Origin: Zootoca vivipara
Lineage: Eukaryota
Assembly (NCBI RefSeq): GCF_963506605.1
Contig: NC_083294.1
Location: 37,448,001-37,512,000, forward strand
Length of the DNA: 64,000 nucleotides
Reading direction: 5' to 3'
The position numbers and the translations under genes are program-made. The notes under the pieces were generated by a model. That model did not search any database. It was given only the letters and a program-made list of their open reading frames with translations, and had not been told where the DNA came from. Shown here one piece after another: positions 35,644 through 49,224 of the stretch. Within the stretch, counting starts at the first letter, position 1. Each line of letters starts with the position of its first letter.

Positions 35644-36380
35644 GCATCAACTTCTGTACTTTTCTTTGTCACATACATTCACACAGAAACCTTAGCATTC
35701 CTCTACTGTCTCTTCTTTGGTGTTCATGAAGATGCAGCCATTACAGCCAAGTCACTCACACACAACAAAATGGAGTACCGGTATGTAATAAAGATAGCTC
35801 CTATGTGACCAAAATTAACCAATCGCACGAGAGTTACTAGGGAACATTTCAGAACTGAACACACAGTAATGCATTTAAGCACTGCTAATTTGTGTGAATT
35901 AAACCACTATACTTAACATGGTCTAGCTCAGCTGTCCATCTCATATGTCATCCCCATCCTTGCCCTCCAACTTTCAGTGGGAAATGGTGTGGAATAAGGG
36001 CCCTTCTCTACATGTGGAACCTTCTCACAGAAGCCTTACTGGGCTTCTAAATTGTGTGAGAGACATGTGACTATGGAGGTGGAGCTTAGCAGGTTTGTCT
36101 ACTCACCCACTTGCATGGCTCATGGTGTTGGCAAAAATGATTCAACTTTCAATTTCCTAGGCAGCAAATTTCTGAATATAATGTAATTCTCACCAGGGAC
36201 TCAGCTACATTAGAAACAACAACAACAACAACAGTGTTTTGAATGCATTATAAACATACAACACCAGATGGTAATGGAGAGTATAAAAAAATTCCACACA
36301 ATTTTCCATAGCTCCCCCTCCCCTTTTGTTATAACAATTTAATTCCCCCTGTGTGTAGATCTATCCTGGTTAAGTTTTGT

Positions 36381-36550
36381 GGAGGGCTATAGCTCACTCA
36401 TGGATCGTCTGCTTTACGTGCAGAAGATCCCAAGTAAAATCTCTCACATCTCTAGGTGGAACTCAGAGAGAACCCTGCTTGAAACCCTGGAGAGCTGCTG
36501 CCAACCAGTATGGACTATACTATGGACTTAATATAAAGCACCTTTATACG
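36381..36550 (+). mobile_element. tRNA-derived squamate SINE, degenerate
   Basis: agggctatagctca...gaaaccctggagagctgctgcc; related copies at 40770-40915 and 49225-49410 (-). Confidence 0.7.
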
Positions 36551-36999
36551 TTAATATGTATGCCTCCACTACCTGGGAATATGCGAACAGGTCCCAACCC
36601 TAGTGGAGTTTCCGCTACTAATTTCACTTGCATTGGGATAAGTTCCAGTTTTATAATGAAGTTGTTCCCAAATGGAGACCTTTCAGAATCTGTAAAGTAA
36701 CATTTAACTGCAATAAATGTCATATTTTGAATTGAGTTTTCCTTTTGTGCGTGCGTACTGCAATTGTGTTATGAAAAGAGCAAACGCTTAGGAAAGCCGT
36801 TCCTGGCAGGAGCAAATGTGTGGAAAAGTCACAAAAGTCTGAATGGAGCATTAAGCATACTGCAATCATTTGCAAATGTGTTTCAAATGGCAGAGAGGAG
36901 GCTGCTTTTGTTTTCTTTTGACTGATTTTAGGCTTCTCTTTTTTATATATAAGAAGCACCTGTGAGAACAAATACAAGAGTGATTACATCTTCAGCCAT

Positions 37000-37001
<2 letters not shown>

Positions 37002-37041
<40 letters not shown>
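37002..37041. repeat. (GT)n microsatellite
   Basis: Direct reading. Confidence 0.95.
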
Positions 37042-37043
<2 letters not shown>

Positions 37044-37734
37044 AGGAATACATTCATGTAGCTGGGGGTGGGGGTGGGGAATTAAAAACAGGAAGAACAA
37101 AAATCAGCTCTAACTTCAATATTAAAGTGAAGTCATCAGCTATGTACCATCTCTATATAGACTCGCTAGGCACAGAGAGACCAAGGGAGAAAAGCCTGAA
37201 CGACTGCAGTTTTTACCTGGGAGTGTAATTAAGCTCATTGGGGCTTACTTCTGACCAGGGCTATAAAGGGCATTGTTTCTTGTTCTGCCTTCATTTCCCA
37301 ATGTGGCACTGTTTCTCTTCCACCGCAGTTTGTCTTTCACCAAAAACTACATTACTTGTCTGAATATCTGCTGTGGCGAAATTGCCGAAATTGTACGACT
37401 TACATAATAAATTGTATAAAGTACATAAATTATCTTGTCATTACCTTACTCCATCTTGTTCACTGTCATGCAAAGAAATTGCAATGCAATTTTTTTTTGG
37501 GGGGGGGGCATAATCCATTATGTATCATTTGAGAATTGAAAGCAGAAAACATATTTGCTGTATTGATTTTGTTCCAAACATGGGGCATCACAATTTCTGT
37601 ACTTGTTTCTGTTTTTGTTTAAATTCTACCATTCTGAGCAGACATGTCTAAGATTGTACTGGATCCCTGGTAGAAACTGAAAATGTGGCCATGACCCTCT
37701 ATGTACTTAATTTTCTTGCATTTCTTGCATTTCT

Positions 37735-37855
37735 TCCATCATGGAACTCAAGGCAACTTATATGTGGTTCCCAGGCAGTCACCCATCCATGCACAGGCCA
37801 GACCCAAATCTGCTGAGCTTCAGCAAGTTTGTTGGCTCATGTGCCTTCAGACCAT
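37735..37855 (-). mobile_element. 5S rRNA-derived SINE fragment
   Basis: Reverse complement gaagctcagcag...gtctgg...tggatgggtgactgcctgggaa matches the 5S box A-IE-box C region. Confidence 0.7.
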
Positions 37856-39267
37856 GAGCTCAGTGTGGCATCATTTCATCTTTTGGTACCCTGGTGGTAG
37901 AAAGCCTAGATTCATTGCACTGGAAGTTAAAGTAGGGTCTACCAAGTGAACAATGACATATAACATCTTCAGATGCTAGAGGTTGTTAACACAACCATTA
38001 CTGGAAAAGAGGGTGGTTCTGTCAAATTCATGTCAGATATGCACAGAAATAGCCATCTCACAAATTATGCAACAGTAAGTTTGAGTTTGCCACTGAACAT
38101 ATATGCAACAGCAGAGCTGCATGCAATAAATCCTTACTCCCTGCTGAGTGTGCTCCCTCCTGAGGAAGGGCTGGTACCCACTGGGACTGATAGGGCACAG
38201 GTCCAATAGTCATGGATGATGGGTGCTGTGGTTCAACAACATTTAGAGTGTCCCAGTTTCCACATTGCTATGCTACATCCTATTGACTAATCTCCTCTAA
38301 AACAGCACAGAATACTGCACCAGTTAGTATCTAAAGCAGCCTGAATTGTTCAAAAAGTGTCCAAATTCTAGGCTCACATCCAATAATCCTAGCTTTCTGA
38401 GAGATAAAAGGTAACTCCCAGTTGTGGAGGGGGCCACAGTAAAACACTTAAACCCTGAAAACATTGGGATATAAATTCATGCTATGGCTTCTTGGCAATA
38501 CCCATTACTCAGTATTATTCACCCTGAACCTTATTCTTTGTTTTCTCACTCATTTCAGTAGAGGGGGCTTGAACAAGATAATGAGAAATCCTGGCATTTG
38601 TTAAGATTTTACCATGCTTACTTTCTTTTAATGCAATCTCTCTTTACTATTTAAGTAAACTCATAAATATCAGTGCTCGTCAAAGGAGATGATTTCTTGG
38701 TGAAATTGTTAAGATAGGCCTGGAATCGGTAGACAGCAGCCGTTGATTTCTCCTATAATTAAGTCATAAATCAAAAGGGGCTATTTATAATGCCCACAGC
38801 CAGCAATGCCAAACAGCCCAGGAAGCTCTAGAGGGTGAATCACAGCCAGCAAACCCATAAATCTTTTATTTGCATTCTTAATTTTACATTTGAAATGGGA
38901 AGCACTTATCAGAATTATTTGAGACCTGGGGAGACCTGCAAGGCATTTCTGTAAGGACAGACAAGCCAGAAGCCAGATGTTTTCAAGTAGGCTACAAACA
39001 GAAGGATATCAGTTTGTTTCTTTAAGGCATTGATACTGCTTCAGGTGGACCTCACCAAGTGGTTTACATAAGAATATTACAACAATAAACATGAATTAAA
39101 AGCGCTATGGCAAAAAACAGGAAAGACAACCATTTGTGTAAGACAGGGGTGAAAAACCTAAGTATGAGGGCCTAATGTGACCTCAGCCTGACCTCTCTAC
39201 TTAACCCTTCAGATTCTATGCAGACCATAATCTCTTCCTATGCCCACACCCTATATTGAGCCTACAT

Positions 39268-39403
39268 CAGACATCCCCAAACTGCAGCCCTCCAGATGTT
39301 TTGGCCTACAACTCCCATGATCCCTAGCTAACAGGACCAGTGGTCGGGGAAGATGGGAATTGTAGTCCAAAACATCTGGAGGGCCAAAGTCTGGGGATGC
39401 CTG
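39268..39403. mobile_element. hAT MITE (136 bp), same family as 28459
   Basis: Perfect TSD gcctacat. Confidence 0.95.
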
Positions 39404-39775
39404 GCCTACATCTTCAATCTCACATTAAAAACCACTGAAAGCAAAGTCAGGTGGGGATGTTTCTGCTGTCTGTCTAAAAGTAATTCGGGACAAGGCCAAT
39501 CTCATCTCCCCTAGGGAGTGAGTTCCATAGCTGGGATGTTCTTACAGAAAATATCCTGTCCCACATTCCTCCCAACAGACCTATTTTAGTGGTGGTAACA
39601 TTTCCGGTGGGGAAGGGCTGTAGCTCAGCAGTAGGGCATGAGGCTGCCAGTCCTCCAGATATGACCCAATGTATCCAGGTTTGCGTGGCTCCTTCCTGGT
39701 GGCAGGTGGAGGGCTTGAATTTCCAGGTGGGCAAGACTGCATTTAATAATGCAGGAAGGAAATATTAAGAGGACT

Positions 39776-40701
39776 GTGCATGCAGCTTGCAAGCTTCACC
39801 CCTGCAGGAGCTGGCAGCAAATTATAGCACAGACACTCAGGGGTTGGGTCTGCCCTCTTCAACTCCCCTCTCCAAATTAAGCTCAATTTCAAGGGCCTGT
39901 CTCAAGACATAAATGGACACCTCCCCTTTTGACATATCAGGTCCTCCCTAACAAGAGGGCACGGCACGTGTTGTGGTGCGACCTGGCAACTAGACCCTGT
40001 GTTGTGGGTGGGTTTGGATGGCCACAACACCCTATTGGAGGTCCCTCAATGCTGGGTGCAATTAGACCAGCGGGACGCCAGTGAAATTGTATCGCTGTAC
40101 CTCAATTTAAGCTCATGCATGTGTCCCTGAGCTTCCTCTTTTGGGCCAGTGCATTGGAACACCCGCCCACCTCTCCCTCTATTTAGGGCTTGCACTTGAC
40201 CTTGCTATGCCGTCATGTGACGTCTGTTGTTGGGACAGGGGCACAGCAGGAATTTTCCCCACTTGGCTGATTGGCTGGTGCCATTTGAGTTTCGCCTGCC
40301 ACATAGGAAATTGTCACAACTTGTAAGGTTGCGGATAGGCTCTCTTCAGGTGATAGGGGTGGCAGAGCGGTCTGGCCATCCCTATGTGATGGGTATTCCT
40401 GGGACCCTTGGTTGGTCAACCCTGAGAGGGGTTGTGCCTGGAGCCAGAGAGTCCAGGGGGGGCATCTGGCTGGTGGACTGGCTTGACCCTTCCTTTCACT
40501 ATGCCGAGGCTGACCTACGGTGTGCCCTGGGTCAGCGCTGCCTGCAACGGTGCAGGGAGCTAGTCAAACCAGAGCCTCTGCAACCACTCACTTGATTGTA
40601 ATCAATAAAGTTCTGTCCTAAATTCTGCCAAAAACCAAACCAAATTTTTGAGTCTTGTCTGAATTTATTTGGGGATGGCTAAAAAGTCTATACACGCAAC
40701 A
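39776..40701 (+). mobile_element. Solo LTR, left boundary uncertain
   Basis: AATAAA at 40604, ends acacgcaaCA; 3' end similar to 25520-25622. Confidence 0.55.
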
Positions 40702-41196
40702 CGAGGTGGGGCTCAGGATTGGGCCCTGGAATATCAGAGTCTGGGATGCTCCTGACCTGGCAACCCTAGCAGGGCACCTACGTGCATGCAGCAGGTCCCA
40801 GTTTCAATCTGCAGAGTTCAGAAGTAGGGTTGAGAAAGGCCATCCTGAAGAGCCACTGCCAATACTGTGCTAGATGGTCGAATTTTCGAATTCAGTATAA
40901 GGTAGCTTCCTATGTTCCAAGGTTGTAGGATTCACAATACTCACAGGAATCTCAGCCCCACCCCCCAGCTGGGGTCTCAAGTTAGACTGCACATCCTCAG
41001 AGGCTTCCCAAATTCCTAAAGGAGGAAGCCCATCACACAAAAAACTTGAGCTGGCCTCCATTTCAACTCCAGCTGCAACTCAAAATCCCTGCATTGAAAG
41101 CTGGATAAGCACAAACCCCTGTGTTGCAAAATGTGACAATCTGCAAAAATGCAAACGCAACATGCTGGCTAATAACTGTTAGTAAATATATAATCA

Positions 41197-41562
41197 GGGA
41201 CCCAGGTGGCGCTGTGGGTTAAACCACAGAGTCTAGGGCTTGCTGATCAGAAGGTCGGCGGTTCGAATCCCTGCAATGGGGTGAGCTCCTGTTGCTCGGT
41301 CCCAGCTCCTGCCCACCTAGCAGTTCGAAAGCACATCAAAGTGCAAGTAGATAAATAGGGACCGCTCCGGCGGGAAGGTAAACGGCGTTTCCGTGCGCTG
41401 CTCTGGTTCGCCAGAAGCAACTTTGTCATGCTGGCCACATGACCCGGAAGCTGTCTGCGGACAAACGCCGGCTCCCTCGGCCTATAGAGCGAGATGAGCG
41501 CCGCAACCCCAGAGTCGGACACGACTGGACCTGATGGTCAGGGGGCCCTTTATCTTTACCTT
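41197..41562 (+). mobile_element. Full-length Sauria SINE
   Basis: Box A/B head; perfect 14-bp TSD taaatatataatca. Confidence 0.97.
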
Positions 41563-41970
41563 TAAATATATAATCAGTATGATGTAATTCAAAATATATG
41601 AATAAGCCACTTCAAAACAATATATATCATACAAAACATCTCACAAAATATACAAGTAACTGCAAGTTGTTATATGTATCAGAGTCAAACAAAGATTCAA
41701 ACAACCAATGAATAGCAAGGAACGCCAAACCATCTCTCAAAGGAAGACGTCTCCCAAAAGTCTCAAAGGAAGACATCAACAAAAAACAAAACAAAAAATC
41801 AGCAGCTACATAACCCAGTGAGCACCTATCCACTAGTATGATCTTTACTAGTATGTATATTTCAATGATAATTATTCGGTATGTACCTCTTTATATATTT
41901 TGTTATACTCTATATCTTACATACAGGTTGCTCAGTTTTGTTGTCATTCATTACTTGCAATTACATTTCT

Positions 41971-42034
41971 AGCTGATGAAGACTTTACTCCAAAACAGTT
42001 GAACTACAGTACTGTATTTCGGATGCACTGTCCT
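41971..42034 (+). ncRNA. Degenerate type I hammerhead ribozyme motif
   Basis: CTGATGA 41973-41979; weak stem II; (A for G)AAAC 41992-41996; stem III acagt/actgt; GTC triplet 42030-42032. Confidence 0.5.
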
Positions 42035-43770
42035 TTTGAGACTTCGGAGAGACATCTTCCTTTGAGACTTTTGTGAGATGTCTTCCTTTGAGAGACGGTT
42101 TGGTGTTCCTCTCTATTCATTGGTTGTTTGAATCTTTGCTTGACTCTGATACATGTAACAACTTGTAGTTACTTGCATATTTTGTGAGATGTGTTGTATG
42201 ATATATATATTGTTTTGAAGTGGCTTATTCGTATATTTTGAATGACATCATACCAATTATATATTTACTAACAGTTATTAGCCAGTGTGTTGTGTTTGCA
42301 TTTTTGTAGATTGAAAGCTGGATAGCCAGACAAAGGCGGTGAAACTGTGTCTGGCTTCAGAGGAGGTAGTGGAAACTGTGGTGATCTTAAAAGCTTGTTT
42401 ACATGCCATTAAAATACCTTAAACGGATGTTAGCTCTAGCACTGGAGAAGGTAAATGCAGTCTGTTTACTGAAAAATGTTTTATTTTTTATGACTTTAAA
42501 TTGCAGGGCACCTCTGTATATTACGGCAAAGCAAATAAGCATATGTCATAATGTGGAGAACGTGGTACTGCCAAAATAGGCCTGGGCACATCAATAAGAG
42601 CTACTTCAAGTGTTGAATTGGGGGAACATTTCTTTTGATAAACTCTGCAAGTGAGCCTGCTTCAATTGAGAGCCATAATTATTTAGAGGGGCGGAACCCT
42701 CTCTTAAAAAAAAAAAAAAAGTTCTTCACAAATATATCCCCCCTATTTCAACTACCCACATATTCCTTTTCAGCTCAGCCCGCCACCCGAACACTGGCAT
42801 GCTGTATCAAATACATATCTTTATCATTGCAATGTAATTTTCTGTAAACACAAATGTGTGACATACAATCTTCCATTATGAATTATGTGTTTCTGACGGA
42901 AAGGTCATTTTCTATATACTGTGATGAGACAAGTTTTTTAACAGCCTACATAGAAATGCAGGGAACAGCTTGAATATTTGCAATCTGAGTTGGACAAGCC
43001 AAATCTAAACTTCAAATATTATGACACCAAACAGCTTAAAGCAGATTATTTTTCTCCCATTCATGCACAAAGGCAAATAAGTTTGACTTTTATATGTAGG
43101 GGACTCTGAAATCTCAGCCTTAACACCTTTAGCCTTATCACCTTCACTCTGTAGCCACCTGAAATATTAGGTTATTTCAACTCATATTTACTCAGAAGGA
43201 AGTTCCACTGTATTTAATAGAGTTTATTCTCATTGAATTTCACCCTTAGGTTTAGAACAGACAGCTGTCGAATGGGACTTCAAACTTCAGATGGAGAACT
43301 TGCCAAATATGAAAGCATTGTAAAATGGGGGGTGGGGGGGCTACAGCTTTCTATGCTGATCCATGGTTTAGTATATGCATTGATATTTTATATGTACATT
43401 ATGCACAGTGCTCAGATGATGGAAGGAAAGGTTGGGACTCTTTTAATTAAATCAAGAAGCCCCCACCCAAGACTTCTCCTTGTTTTAGCCATGACTCTGT
43501 CTTGAATCCCCCAGATCTAGGCAATTCAGAAACAGGAGCATGGTGGCCCTTGAATGTAGGTAATGGGACAAATAATCACTCCAGTAGCCTAAGTTCATTC
43601 TAAAAAAATGGTTGCTATACCAAATCACCACTCCTTTTAACAGCAAACTCAGGCAGTGATTGGTACCAAAGCAGGGCCAATGAGAAACAAGGAGGTGTCA
43701 GCATGCTCTGCTGAACCCCGAGGTTTGAAGAACTACCAAAAAGAAACCTTTTTAAAACACCTCACACACA

Positions 43771-44628
43771 CAGTGGCGCAGCAGGGGGGGCGATGGGGGC
43801 AGGTCTCCCCGGGTGCTAACCTGCAGGGGAGGTGACACTCGGTACCCCCCACTGGGGAACATTTCTTCTTCTTCTGTTGCATGAGATTTTTCAACTGTTC
43901 TTATATGTTCTTTCAGTGCTGATTTCATATCTGAAGTCGGTTTTGTTCTGTAAGCTCTAGTTTTTTTGCAATTCATGTTTTTCACTTTTCACCAGAGCTA
44001 GAGCCAGAGCCAGAGCCGTGTGGGGGTGACTGTAGTAATGGATAATCCAATAACGAGATGGGAGACAAGGCTGAGTTCCCCAAAGGCCAACCCCGGGCGG
44101 AGCTCGGGAGCCTGTATTTATTGACAGCAACTTTGACAGCTAATGATTAACTTGCAATGCAGCTTCCAACCAATTACAGAGTATAACCTCATGCATAGTA
44201 ATGTTCAGGTACATGTCACTTCCTGCCAACACCCCAAAATTTCCTCCATGAAGGAAGTGGTGAACTGCACATCCCACACATCATGTACCTGTCACATGCC
44301 TGCTCTTTAAACATCCCCCTCCTCTCAATCTTGTGACCCTCAGTACTTTTCCAAGGCTCTACCTGCTTCCATTGTTTCTCCCTAACCCAAGTTTGACCCA
44401 TCCTGGTCTTCTCCTGTCAAGCCTGCTTCAGCCAGATCTATCCCAGTCTTTCCAGATCCACCAAGCCTCACCCAGTACAACTGACCTATGCCTTCACCTC
44501 CTGGCTTGCCAGTATTACACTTCCTAATCCTAGAGGACCGGCGGGTGTGCCACGCCATTTTCTAAATCAACCCCACAGGTGACAAAAAAAAAATTGCACT
44601 GGTACCACCTGGGCTTGCTATGCCTCTG
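43771..44628. mobile_element. hAT non-autonomous element hosting a solo LTR
   Basis: TIR CAGTGGCGCAGCA/TGCTATGCCTCTG; TSD cacacaca/cacacata. Confidence 0.85.
44031..44577 (-). mobile_element. Solo LTR (547 bp) with 6-bp TSD
   Basis: TG...CA; perfect TSD ggtgac; minus-strand AATAAA at ~44120. Confidence 0.88.
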
Positions 44629-47600
44629 CACACATACACACACCTCAAAAACCATTCAGTGGGGGCTTAGCCACAGAATGCAGAGTGACATTTGGACTGC
44701 TTAGAGAAGAGAATGGCTGGCTGGAACACTGAACACTGGACTGAAGGTACACATATTCTGTTGAAAGTCCTACATGTCAACACTACAAGCAATGATATGA
44801 GTGAGATATGACTCATTCCAAGAAGATGAGAACATACACAGCTGTTCTAAGCCCATAGAAATGTCAGTGAAGCATGAAGAGCAGAGGAGCCAAGCACCTG
44901 ATGAAGAACTGAGTTCTTTAAGAACGAGTTGACTGCCAAATTCATAATTGCAATGTGGCAGTTCAGTTATTTTCAGTGATCATCAACCTCTTGTTCTTGG
45001 TCTTTTGTCCCAATGCATTCAGTAGGTTTAACAAACAGATAAAGGGAAATCTGGGGAATCCATAATTCAAATTTCACTTTGATGATGAACTCAGCTCTCA
45101 TTAGCCTTCTGCAAATGTTTTCTCAGCTTCACCCAAGAATGATTTATCTTACAGGGCTGTTGTACAGATTGAAACATTATATTTTAGGATCTTTGAGCAC
45201 GTGAAATGTGCACTACAAATCAAGGAGGAGGAAAGGGGGAGCACAAGAGGTTTTCTTATTCATATTGTTGTATGTTCCCTGCTTCTCCAAGAGGTCAGAA
45301 GTTCTAAATCCAGGGAACCTTTTTTTTAATATTGAGGGTCATATTCCACCACAGGCAAACTTTCCAGGGACCATGTGAACATACGGTAGGCAGAAGCAAC
45401 AGAGGGCAGAGTTTCCAATGGGACACTTGCCTTTATGTAGTAGGCTGCCTCCCAAATGTTCAAAAGCAAGGGGTTTCTACATCACCCTACACACGCATAT
45501 ATTTCCGTCCTCCATTCAGGCAAACAACGTGCATTATCACAGCCTAAAAGCCTATTCCAACCAGGCAAAAGCACTCAAGGAGGATAAGGGATGTGGTCTG
45601 GGAGAACAGTGTTTGCAAGCCAGGTAGAAAGGCCTGAGGGCATCCAGTTGACCCACTGGGCTGAGCCTCTCCACCCCAGCTCCCTGTTGTATTACAACCT
45701 CATTTTACCTTTATTGGCTGGAGATGAAAACCTGGGTAGTTATGGTACTTTTGTAAATTTTGGTTAATTTATACATTTGTTTATTAAATTTATATCCCAT
45801 CCTTCCTCCCAAAGGAGCCCAGGGCAGTGAATGGCAAGTAATAAAGCAATCTTAAAACCAATTCCAATACAGATGTGGACCGTGGGAAAATATTAACATG
45901 CTTGTTGGAAGTGGAACCAGGTTGCAAAGCTGGTGCTCGAGCAAAACAACTGAGCTCCTTGCTTGCATCAAAGCCCCAGGGAGAGGCCCTGTGCTCCTCA
46001 CCCACCCTTCCAATACCCTCCATGTGACCCAATTTTCCAGGGATAGTCTCAGAACTATGAAAGCCATCCTGGCTTTTGATTTGATCCCAGAATGCCCCTA
46101 TTTCCCTCACTAGTGCCAGTGCTGCTGGGCTTGGGGATGAGGATAAGGCACCGCTTGGCCCAAGTGAGGACGATGATGACAGTGGTGGCTGTGAGGGAGC
46201 ATCCTGTTGCCTCTCCATGGCTGTGTGCCCCTCCCTTGGGCAGCTCGTAGCAGCTGCTGGAAAGTGGGTGAGGAGGAAGAAGAAGAATAAGAAGAAGAGT
46301 TTGGATTTGATATCCCACTTTATCACTACCCGAAGGAGTCTCAAAGCGGCTAACAAAGAGGAAGAGAGGCTGTGGACGCCCATGATTTTTATTTTATTAT
46401 TTTACGAAATGTGGTTCCATTGTTATAAGGAGCAGAGCAAGTATGAAGAGCAAACTATTTTTTCTGACAAAGCTCAGAAACACCAGAAGCCAACCATATC
46501 AGAGGTGATAGGGGTGTGAGGAGCAAATAAACAACCAAGCTATTTTTAGCACTTCCTTAAAACTAGGCCCCTGGCTCATTCAGCAGGGTGCTGATTCCAA
46601 GTATTGAACTACACAAAGTCTTTTTTTCCACAGGTTGCTTCCCTGTAGCACTTTCTCTTTCCCCTGCTCCTGCTCTCTTGGTCCCTCTTAACGGTTGATT
46701 TAAAAGTTCAAGGAACCATCAGGGAAGCTATGGGACAGAATGACTGCTGTGTAGCTGATTGCAAAAAAAAAAAAGCCTCTTGCTGGAACTTTCCTATTGA
46801 GTTGAGTTGTGTGCATATCTTAAGCTTCCATATTCCCATCTCTCTCTGGCCTACACATAGAAGCTAGGGGTGGAAAAAATTTGGATACTCTCGGTTTCTC
46901 ATTTTTCCAGTCTTCAATTCAATTCTTCATGTCCACATCAGTTTGTAAAAAAAGGGGGGGGGCATATCTGCAACTGCCCAATAGCTGTTCCAATCCAAAG
47001 GGTCCAGAGCCATTTTCTTTAGGAGCGGTCACACCATTGCCTCTTTCAATGCAGCAGGGATCACCCCTCATGCAGTGAAGCAATAGCCATACTCTGGACT
47101 CAACCAGTCAGCCCACTCTGCTAGATTTGATAAGCCAGGAGGGACAGGGGTCAAGGGGGCATGTGATTGGACATATTACACCCAGTCCCTTGTCCACATC
47201 AGCTGATTGCATAAGGTGAAACGGATCCCACAGAACATCCTTAAGCCACTAGGTACTTCAATCAGAGCTGCAACAAGTGCAGGGTCAAGATTACTCTGAG
47301 GTTGAGTGACTTTATCCTCAAAGTGCATAGCCATCTTCGAGGGCTCCAAAGGTCCCTTCCTACATTGAAAGTCAGTAACTTCCAGACTGTCTGAGATACA
47401 ATGTGAGCTGCAAAATTAGCCATTTTTGCAACCTGCACTGCCACATGGTAGGCATGATTATGTGTTCCTGCCTTATGTGTTTGGTCGGCTTCATAGTGTA
47501 ACTTGTGCCACTTGCTCTCCAGTCTTCATCCAACTTGTTTCCTAGTCCAGAGCTCCTCAGAGTAGCAAGTTGCTGCTTGGACTCCAAAACAGTGGAGAGA

Positions 47601-47765
47601 AAACTCTGTTGGATCAATCCATCAACCTCTGATGGATGATTTAGAAGGACTGGGTCCAGAATCACTTTCGCTGCATGTGTGTGCCAGTATCCATACTCAG
47701 CAGAGTTACATCTCAATGCAGCTCCTTGAATAGACAAAACAATCTCAGCCTTCTGCTGCTTCTTG

Positions 47766-47767
<2 letters not shown>

Positions 47768-47846
<79 letters not shown>
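47768..47846. repeat. (CA)n(GA)n microsatellite
   Basis: Direct reading. Confidence 0.95.
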
Positions 47847-47850
<4 letters not shown>

Positions 47851-48039
47851 CCCATAAACTCAAGAGTGATCATGTCAGACACCTGTTTCATCTCACGGTT
47901 CCATAGGGAGATGAAGGCTTTGACAGGATCACCATCAAAATGTACTCACATTTTACAGTGAGGAACCACAAAAATCAGTAAAAACTTAACCAGATAATGA
48001 TCTGACCATGACAAGGGAGGGCATTACATCCGCCCTATC

Positions 48040-48910
48040 TTTAGTTCATCTCTCATATTACTTGGGACAATTACAAGGATGTGTCCTGGCTGGTGAATTG
48101 GACTGATGACCAGCGGCATAGCTAGCCGCTCGGGTGCCTCATGTGGCACATGCATCCTACAGCCAGGGGTGAGCCGCCCATAGCGGCAGGGTGAGCTGTG
48201 TGGAGCCTCTCCGCCACCTCCCCCTCAGCTGTAGGACGGCTGAGGGAGAGGTGGTGGGCAGACGCAAGCCCCTCACTGCTGTTTCATGCAGCGTGGAACC
48301 TGCAGGCGCCCAAGCCGCCACGTCACTCCCAGGAGAGACGCATGGCTCGGGCACACTGCAGACCCCACGATAAGTGCCAGCCCCCACGGTGTGGCGCCCA
48401 GTGCCAGCCGTGTTTCATTACATTTCTTGACTGAACTAAAACGTTTTGTGAGCCCAATTTTTAATATTTTTTTTTTAAAAAAAACTCATATTTTTGTCAC
48501 CCCCCTCAGTGATGACACCCAGGGCGGCCCGCACCCACCGTGCCACCTACCTCCACCACTGCTGATGACCATCTGAGACCCATGACTGTTATGAAGGTCA
48601 TGAAGTCTTGAGCAGGCCTGACAGCAGCCTCCAAGTAGATATTGAAGTCACCCAGGATTATCATTTTAGGGTCCTCTAACAATATCCCAGACTACTTTGG
48701 CCAACCTGTTGCTGCTGGGCAACAGGGTGATTGGTAAGCTAGCTCTCTAACCCAACACCAGTTAACAGACCCTCTAAGCCCATCCCAAGGTCAAGAGACT
48801 TCCTGGTCAAAGAGTGTCCCCATAGACAATCACAGCACCCCTGCCTTGACCCTTAAGTCTACCCTGGTACAGCACTGAAAAGCAGGTGGGCACAGCTGGG
48901 TAAGGTCAGT
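48040..48910 (-). mobile_element. L2-like endonuclease relic split by a hAT element
   Basis: Minus-strand LGDFNI motif at ~48635-48655 and a GH.L-like motif at ~48080. Confidence 0.6.
48111..48561. mobile_element. hAT non-autonomous element
   Basis: CAGCGG...CCACTG; perfect TSD ctgatgac. Confidence 0.9.
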
Positions 48911-49224
48911 TCTTTCAGTTGTAAAGGGAGAGATTTAGCAGAATTTAGGGTAGCAACGTAAGTGTATTGGTTCACTGAAGTAAGAGTCACATGCAAAGCA
49001 AACCTGTACACTTGGAAACTGTTTCCCCAAGGCACCTACTCTCTTTAGCTTCATTTTCATTAATTGTGTTGCAAAAGTTGTAAATAGTTCCACCCCCCTT
49101 ATCTTCTGTGGTGTGTGCCATCTAGAACTATGGGCTGGTTCACAGAGTGTTTGCTTTATGACCACAGCTCAGCTTGATCATCAGGCACATGCAGCATCAT
49201 GTAAATATGGTGAGCATGGTCATA

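Larger units (their letters stand above)
41108..42313 (+). mobile_element. Penelope-like non-autonomous insertion with inverted arms
   Basis: Arms 41137-41776 (excluding the SINE) and 42053-42313 are reverse complements; flanking direct repeat attgaaagctggata at 41093-41107 and 42310-42324. Confidence 0.72.

Noticed and set aside
44898-44930. CTGATGA plus an agaac/gttct stem
   Set aside because: Lacks the GAAA core.
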